Part shown: positions 58,428-64,000 of the stretch, in pieces
Layout: every line of letters begins with the position of its first letter
Position numbering within the stretch: the stretch's first letter is position 1
Assembly: GCA_963664325.2 (NCBI GenBank)
Contig: CAXXDQ010000006.1
Location: 32,001 to 96,000, forward strand
Length of the DNA stretch: 64,000 nt
Direction: 5' to 3'
Source of the DNA: Desulfomonilia bacterium
GTDB taxonomy: Bacteria; Desulfobacterota; Desulfomonilia; UBA1062
Made by a program: the position numbers and the translations under genes
The notes under the pieces: model-generated
The model's database searches: none
What the model was told of the DNA's origin: nothing
The model's input: the letters and a program-made list of their open reading frames with translations, nothing else

Positions 58428-59255
58428 ATGTTTGATTTCAGCCTGAGCCTTTCGCCTGTCAAGTCGCCGTTCAGCCCCATGCTGTTTTCCGGCGACCTGG
58501 AGGAAGGCTTCAGAAACGCCGCCGGGCTGGGCTACAGCGGCGTGGACTTGAGCCTGCTCGATTCCGGGGCGCTGGATCAGAATTGGATCATCGACAGAAT
58601 TAAAGGCTTTAATCTTAAGGTTTACACCATCGCCACGGGCCAGACATTTTACAACGAAGGGTATTCTCTCTACAGCGCCGAAAACGACAAAAGAGAAATG
58701 GCCGTCGCCAGGATCAGGTCTCATATCGATTTTGCATCAAGGCTAGGCGCCATGGTCATAATCGGAGGCGTGCGGGGGAAGATAACGGCAAGCGACGTAC
58801 GCGAAAGGCTCAGGCAGGAACAGAGCGGCAGGCAGGCCATATGCCAATGCCTGAAACACGCTGAAGATAAAGGGGTGACTCTTCTGCTCGAGCCTATAAA
58901 CAGATACGAGACCAACGTGATCAACACGCTTCAGGAAGGGATGAGCTTTATCGAGGAACTGGGGAGCGGGAATCTGAAGCTCCTTCCCGACGTCTTCCAT
59001 ATGAATATCGAGGAGAGGTCGATTGAGAAAAGCTTCATCGAGTTCAAATCCCACATAGGATTCGTTCATTTTGCGGACAGCAACAGGCAGGCCCCGGGAT
59101 TCGGTCATATCGATTTCGGGAAGATACTATCCGCCCTTGGAGAAATAAACTACGAGAACGCCATCGGGCTGGAAATTCTTCCCAAACCCGATGATTTCAG
59201 TGCCTCAAAACAAGCCATATCCCATCTGAAAAGAATCGAAGAATATTCCGTTTGA
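58428..59255 (+). CDS. iolO: 5-keto-L-gluconate epimerase-like sugar epimerase (AP endonuclease 2 TIM barrel)
   Basis: TGQ, VIIG.VRG, EPINRYET, D.FHMNIEE, H.ADSNR.APG.GH.DF, E.LP.P as in Thermotoga IolO. Confidence 0.78.
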   Translation: MFDFSLSLSPVKSPFSPMLFSGDLEEGFRNAAGLGYSGVDLSLLDSGALDQNWIIDRIKGFNLKVYTIATGQTFYNEGYSLYSAENDKREMAVARIRSHIDFASRLGAMVIIGGVRGKITASDVRERLRQEQSGRQAICQCLKHAEDKGVTLLLEPINRYETNVINTLQEGMSFIEELGSGNLKLLPDVFHMNIEERSIEKSFIEFKSHIGFVHFADSNRQAPGFGHIDFGKILSALGEINYENAIGLEILPKPDDFSASKQAISHLKRIEEYSV

Positions 59256-59336
59256 TACCCCGAAATCGGGGGAATTTGTTGTTGTTAGATAAGCAATGTT
59301 GATGTATAATTTGCAAAATAAATCATAGGAGGGTTT

Positions 59337-60176
59337 ATGAGATTAGGCTTTTGTACGATGGGATATCTTGACTACACGACCGTGGATGAAGCCGTAAGAA
59401 GAATCGGCAGGATGGGATACAAAGTCGTCGACTTCTGGGCATACAGTCCTCATCTCGGCCCTGATCTTTATGATAAAAAGGCCCGCAAACAGCTGATGAA
59501 CATAGTGAAGGATTCGGGACTCAAAGCCGTTGCGCTTTCGGTCAACGGCGGCGGCCTTGCGCTTCATATAAGCTTTTCCCATTCGATAGAGGCGATCAGA
59601 AAGAAGTCGGTGGAATATTATATCGACTGTGTCGATATGGCCTCCGAAATGGGAATCCCCATAGTCAACATGATTTCCGGCCACATGATACATGGAACCA
59701 CGCGTGAACAGGCGTGGAAATGGAACCGTGAATGCATGCAGCAAGTGGTCAAACATGCCGAAGAAAAGGGCGTAATGATGGCGCTCCATACGCTCACATG
59801 GTGCGAATCGCGGGTTGTGGTGACACTCGACGACGCGCTTCAGATGATGAGGGAGATCAATTCGCCCAACTGCAAGGTCATGATCGACACGGCCGATCAG
59901 AACATCACCGATCCGAACCTGTCGGATGCCGTCAGAAAGGCAGGAAAGGACCTCGTATATGTTCACTGCAACGACAACAACGGCGTAGGGCAGGGCGACG
60001 TCCACCTTCCCCCGGGACACGGTACGGTCAACTGGAAGGTCTTCCTGTCCGCCCTTAAGGAGATCGGGTATAAGGGCGATCTGACGGTGCAGGTGCATAC
60101 GGGGCATCCGGTCGACATCGACGCCTGGGCCATCGAATCAAAAGAATATCTGGAAAACGTGTTGAAGCAGATATAG
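59337..60176 (+). CDS. Sugar phosphate isomerase/epimerase (IolE/IolI/XylA-like TIM barrel)
   Basis: VH.NDN...D.HLPPG.G..W...L..L..IGY.G motif; GGAGG RBS. Confidence 0.85.
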   Translation: MRLGFCTMGYLDYTTVDEAVRRIGRMGYKVVDFWAYSPHLGPDLYDKKARKQLMNIVKDSGLKAVALSVNGGGLALHISFSHSIEAIRKKSVEYYIDCVDMASEMGIPIVNMISGHMIHGTTREQAWKWNRECMQQVVKHAEEKGVMMALHTLTWCESRVVVTLDDALQMMREINSPNCKVMIDTADQNITDPNLSDAVRKAGKDLVYVHCNDNNGVGQGDVHLPPGHGTVNWKVFLSALKEIGYKGDLTVQVHTGHPVDIDAWAIESKEYLENVLKQI

Positions 60177-60190
60177 CAGTCAGACCTGTT

Positions 60191-61375
60191 ATGGAACAAA
60201 GCCATAAAACCAGGATAGGTCTTATCGGTGCTGGAAACATCTGCCGGGTGGGCCATGGTCCGGCCGTCAAGGCTGACGGGAGGGCGTATATTGCAGCTAT
60301 CAGCGATCCCGACCCGCACAACAGGGAGTTTTTTGCAAAAAAATATAATGTGAGCGGCGTCTACGAAGATCACCGCGTCATGCTCGAACGCGAAAAGCTG
60401 GATGCCGTCGTCATATCCTCGCCACCTTGGCTTCACGCGCGCCACGTTCAGGACTGCGCGGAAAAAGGCATTCCCATCCTGTGCGAAAAGCCGATGGCCA
60501 CGACCCTTGAAGACTGCCGGGCAATAATCGAGGCAGGCAGGAAAAACAATGTCTATATCCTCATGGGCCACTGCAAGCGTTTCGAGCCGGGACACCAGAA
60601 AATCAGGGAACTGCTGATGAAGAACGCCCTGGGAAGGATATTCCAGGTCAGCATCTTCTGGTATTTTTTCATTCCCGACTTTACAAGCGGCTGGCTGGGA
60701 GCTCTTGTCAGGAAACTGAAGAAATTCGGATTTGATATCGAACGTGATTTCGGTTTCTGGAGGTATAGAGACATCAAGGCGGGCGGGGGCGACTTCTTCG
60801 ACCATGCGCCGCACTATATCGACATCATCCGTTTCTACGGGATGGAAATAGAACAGGTCTCGTGCGAAACCAAAAGGTGCTACCCGGATACGCGCCCTTT
60901 TGAGGACCTTGCCGTGGCCGCCTTCAAACTTTCAAACGGCGCGGTCTTTCTCTATGACAAGAACGTCATCCGCACAGGAAGCCCCTATGGTTTCGAGCGC
61001 GGATACATATACGGAGAAAAGGGGAAGATAGCCTTCAGGGCCGCCCATGCCTACCAGAAGCGCCGTGTAAAAGTGGGCATCTACCGTTTTTTCAATATAC
61101 TCTGCAATCGCTATTTCCCGGCTATGCTCCCTTACGGCAGGGAAAACACAATGTTCTACAGGCAAATGAAATTCTTTATAGATAAAGTTCGGGGTGAAAA
61201 TACGCTGAAGAACGGCATCACAGGAGAGTGGGGCGCTACTCCGGAAGACTCTTACCTGACGATCGCCTGGACCCTTGCATCGTACAAATCGGCCAGGGAC
61301 GGGATAAAGATCACGCGCGAGAACCTGTTCAGAGAGATAGAGAATTTCGAAACCGGCCAGCCACATGACTGGTAG
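60191..61375 (+). CDS. Gfo/Idh/MocA oxidoreductase (inositol dehydrogenase-like)
   Basis: IGAGNI, CEKPMA, RF.P, GGG...DHAPHYID. Confidence 0.88.
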   Translation: MEQSHKTRIGLIGAGNICRVGHGPAVKADGRAYIAAISDPDPHNREFFAKKYNVSGVYEDHRVMLEREKLDAVVISSPPWLHARHVQDCAEKGIPILCEKPMATTLEDCRAIIEAGRKNNVYILMGHCKRFEPGHQKIRELLMKNALGRIFQVSIFWYFFIPDFTSGWLGALVRKLKKFGFDIERDFGFWRYRDIKAGGGDFFDHAPHYIDIIRFYGMEIEQVSCETKRCYPDTRPFEDLAVAAFKLSNGAVFLYDKNVIRTGSPYGFERGYIYGEKGKIAFRAAHAYQKRRVKVGIYRFFNILCNRYFPAMLPYGRENTMFYRQMKFFIDKVRGENTLKNGITGEWGATPEDSYLTIAWTLASYKSARDGIKITRENLFREIENFETGQPHDW

Positions 61376-61443
61376 CATGAGCTTTCAGTCATGGCCTGTC
61401 GGGGCAATAGTAATTTTGATTATTCGATCCTTATAATAAATAC

Positions 61444-61573
61444 TAATTCCGCTTTGTATTCAAGATGTCGCCGAGGAGTCAAAGAGGAAGCGACGCTGAC
61501 ATACTTTTAGCGTATGTTGAGGAGCATTCCGATGCATACGACAAGGGCGCCGCTTGAATGCGAAGTGGAATAT
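61444..61573. repeat. ERIC/MITE-like palindromic repeat, copy 2 (130 bp, inverted relative to copy 1)
   Basis: TAATTCCGCTTTGTATTCAAG...CTTGAATGCGAAGTGGAATAT ends; central ACATAC/GTATGT hairpin. Confidence 0.8.
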
Positions 61574-61587
61574 CAGGGGGGTATTTG

Positions 61588-62979
61588 ATGGAAGGTAAAA
61601 AACTGTCTGTCGGCGTAAAGCTTGGATACGGCGTCTGCGATTTCGGAGGCAACCTTTTTTTCACCGCGACCGCATTCGTCCTGATGATCTATTTGACCGA
61701 CACCATGGGCCTCAAAGCGGGCCTCGCCGGAACGGCGCTTTTCATAGGAAGGATATGGGACGCCTTTTACGACACCATTATTGGCTATATATCCGACAGG
61801 ACATCCACAAAACTCGGCAGGCGCAGGCCTTTCATGCTGGCCGGCGCCATACCGCTTTTCATAGCCATGGTGCTCATGTTCACAAACCCCGCTCTATTCA
61901 AAGAAAATTTCAGCCAGACCGGCCTGTTCATATTCACCGTATTCGTCTACATATTGCTCAGTACGGCATATTCGACGGTCAACATCCCCTACTGCTCCAT
62001 GACCCCGGAACTCACCGACGACTATCATGAAAGGACGTCGCTCTCGGGATACCGCTTCGGATTCGCCGCAATCGGTACGCTCACCGGCGCAGGCGCGGCC
62101 TGGCCGATAGTAGGCCTCGTGAAGGACAAGAACATGGGTTTTATCCTCCTCGGGATCATCTTCGGCGGGATAATGATGGTAACCGCCCTCGTTACGGTGT
62201 TCACAACGAAAGAGCCGGCGGAATTGAAACCGGCAAGATCCTTGGGGTTTGTTAAGACATATCTTGATGTCTTCAAGAACGGACCCTATCTCCTGATACT
62301 CTCCACCTACATTCTGCACATCATCGCGCTTACGATCGTAAGCCAGGTGGCGGCCTATTACTTCGACTATGTCCTGGCCGCGCGAAACGTGATGAACGCG
62401 AAAGACGAATTAACGAAGGCGATGCTGATATTGATCGGGACCGCCTTACTGTTCATCCCGGTAAGCGTTTTCTTCAGCAAGAAATTCGGCAAGAAATTCG
62501 TCTATGGGGCGGGTTTCGCCATCTTCTCGGCCGGACTGATCGTGCTCTTCATGTTCGGCGACAAGAGGCCTGTCAGCTTCACGATGATCATGATGCTTAT
62601 AATGGGCGTAGGGCTGGGTTTTCTATATGTACCGCCGTTCACGATTGTCGCCGACGCGATCGAATACGGCTATCTCCAGACAGGCGAACGCAGGGAAGGC
62701 TCGTTTTTCGGCATCTGGACATGGGGATTCAAGCTCGGCCAGGCGCTGGCTGCGCTTTCGATGGGCTGGATCCTTCAGCTCATGGGCTATGTCAAGGGCG
62801 TCCTGCCTCAGACCCCCAGCGCGGAACTCGGCATCAGGCTGCTGCTGGGCCCGATCTCGGCTGCCATATTCGTACTGGCGATAGTGGTGCTTTATTTTTA
62901 TCCGATAACGGAAAAGCGCTATTCCGAGATGCAACAGCAGATAAAGGAGATGGAGGGGGCAAAGGCGAAATCCGCATGA
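61588..62979 (+). CDS. GPH family MFS sugar/glycoside:cation symporter
   Basis: KLGYG, WDA..D..IG..SDRT..K.GRRRPF, NIPY..M.PELT.DY.ER, D.IEY...TG.RREG. Confidence 0.92.
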   Translation: MEGKKLSVGVKLGYGVCDFGGNLFFTATAFVLMIYLTDTMGLKAGLAGTALFIGRIWDAFYDTIIGYISDRTSTKLGRRRPFMLAGAIPLFIAMVLMFTNPALFKENFSQTGLFIFTVFVYILLSTAYSTVNIPYCSMTPELTDDYHERTSLSGYRFGFAAIGTLTGAGAAWPIVGLVKDKNMGFILLGIIFGGIMMVTALVTVFTTKEPAELKPARSLGFVKTYLDVFKNGPYLLILSTYILHIIALTIVSQVAAYYFDYVLAARNVMNAKDELTKAMLILIGTALLFIPVSVFFSKKFGKKFVYGAGFAIFSAGLIVLFMFGDKRPVSFTMIMMLIMGVGLGFLYVPPFTIVADAIEYGYLQTGERREGSFFGIWTWGFKLGQALAALSMGWILQLMGYVKGVLPQTPSAELGIRLLLGPISAAIFVLAIVVLYFYPITEKRYSEMQQQIKEMEGAKAKSA

Positions 62980-63016
62980 CGCCGCAATAACGCTTCCCGC
63001 CAGGAGACCGCTTCAT

Positions 63017-63045
63017 GGGAATAGGGGGACATCCTGTTGATTCCA
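63017..63045. repeat. Direct repeat copy A flanking FkbM gene
   Basis: GGGAATAGGGGGACATCCTGTTGATTCCA. Confidence 0.75.
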
Positions 63046-63079
63046 AACGACAAAAATGTCAAGCTTAAAGTCCTGAAAC

Positions 63080-63892
63080 CTATGACTGCTTGGCATAAAG
63101 CATGAACACATTGCTTCCGGGCGCCAGGAATTCTTTTCCCAGATTGACGGAGAAACCCTGTGACTCCAGAAGGCGGGTGAATTTCTGAACCAGATCGTCT
63201 CCTCCTGAAATATGCTGATGGACTTCCATTGCAACCTGCTTTATCAAAGGCCAGTGCTCATCTGCGATTCCTGCTATGACATGGTCTTCATAGTTTTCCG
63301 CATCCAGCTTCATAAAATCAATTTTTGAAATGTTTGATTCTGAAATGATGTCAGATAACGGCCTGAGATGACATTTCGTCGGAACCGGTTTGTACAAATA
63401 TTTCAGTATGGCTGTTACGGCATGCCTGCGGAGTCTCTGCGGGACCATCCCGGCAATTTTATTACCCTGTGTGAATGCTTCCCAGTTTTCAGCATAATAT
63501 GCGACCTTATCGTCCCGGACAAATGGGACAATTGATGAATCGGCGCTGAGGCGCGGGAAATAATCTATTGTCATTTCACCGGGTTTTTCAGCCAGGCCGA
63601 TGTTGTAAGAATGAATCCGGTCCGGATACTCCTTTAGATTGGCTGAATAAACTTCAAAAATCTGTGGAACGGGTTCAAAAGCATATACATGGGCTGAAGG
63701 ATGGTGTTCCACGACATATCGTGAAAAATTACCGATATTAGCCCCGATATCAAAAACAATTGCATCATCAGGAATCTTCAGGCCGAATTGAAAATATTCC
63801 TGTTCCTCGTAAACTTCATTATAGCTTTCCAGGGCTGTTAATTTGTCCAGATAGCAGCAAGATTTCCCGTTTGGCAGTGTAAGTTGCTTCAT
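63080..63892 (-). CDS. FkbM family methyltransferase (Methyltransf_21)
   Basis: VFDIGANIG, AFEP.P, IDFMKLDAE..E, MEVH. Confidence 0.88.
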   Translation of the reverse strand: MKQLTLPNGKSCCYLDKLTALESYNEVYEEQEYFQFGLKIPDDAIVFDIGANIGNFSRYVVEHHPSAHVYAFEPVPQIFEVYSANLKEYPDRIHSYNIGLAEKPGEMTIDYFPRLSADSSIVPFVRDDKVAYYAENWEAFTQGNKIAGMVPQRLRRHAVTAILKYLYKPVPTKCHLRPLSDIISESNISKIDFMKLDAENYEDHVIAGIADEHWPLIKQVAMEVHQHISGGDDLVQKFTRLLESQGFSVNLGKEFLAPGSNVFMLYAKQS

Positions 63893-63961
63893 AAAGAAAT
63901 ATATACTTGAAACAGTCGTATCGATTCAACTTCTAAAAAAACAGCTTGATATCTGATTCAG

Positions 63962-63989
63962 GGGAATAGGGAGCATCCTGTTGATTCCA
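63962..63989. repeat. Direct repeat copy B flanking FkbM gene
   Basis: GGGAATAGGGAGCATCCTGTTGATTCCA. Confidence 0.75.
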
Positions 63990-64000
63990 GCCAATAGAAA

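Noticed and set aside
55590-63016. Integrative element with att duplication of the tRNA-Lys 3' end
   Set aside because: No integrase, and only a 7-bp match (CTTCATG near 63011) to the tRNA end within the window

Overview
Bacterial chromosomal segment. Gene content and order suggest an anaerobic Desulfobacterota/deltaproteobacterium-type genome (inference). Housekeeping blocks: hslO-amrA-hydrolase, corC-lnt-DUF1015, surE-rnc-radical SAM-two sensor kinases-era-der, mltB-ispA-dxs-tlyA-ispH, accC-MFS, queD-folE2, and phoH-ybeY followed by five tRNAs. Accessory blocks: (1) two paralogous BPI/TULIP-like proteins; (2) a sigma54-type [NiFe]-hydrogenase operon (mvhDGA plus protease) headed by a GltD/DsrL-like flavoprotein instead of HdrABC; (3) CoA-transferase, GH4 and porin genes with a divergent Tat sulfatase; (4) an acyl-CoA synthetase / membrane EEP hydrolase / HAD lipid operon; (5) a Thermotoga-type iolN/iolO cyclitol catabolic cluster after tRNA-Lys. 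Non-coding signals: two inverted copies of a ~130-bp ERIC/MITE-like hairpin repeat, one carrying a nested 60-bp insertion with a GACA duplication, and ~29-bp direct repeats bracketing an FkbM methyltransferase gene. Also present are an unannotated 35-aa Cys-rich peptide and several gene relics. Seven frameshifts confined to 27-36 kb (including in era and der) are most likely sequencing or assembly indels. No CRISPR array, rRNA, transposase or integrase was seen.
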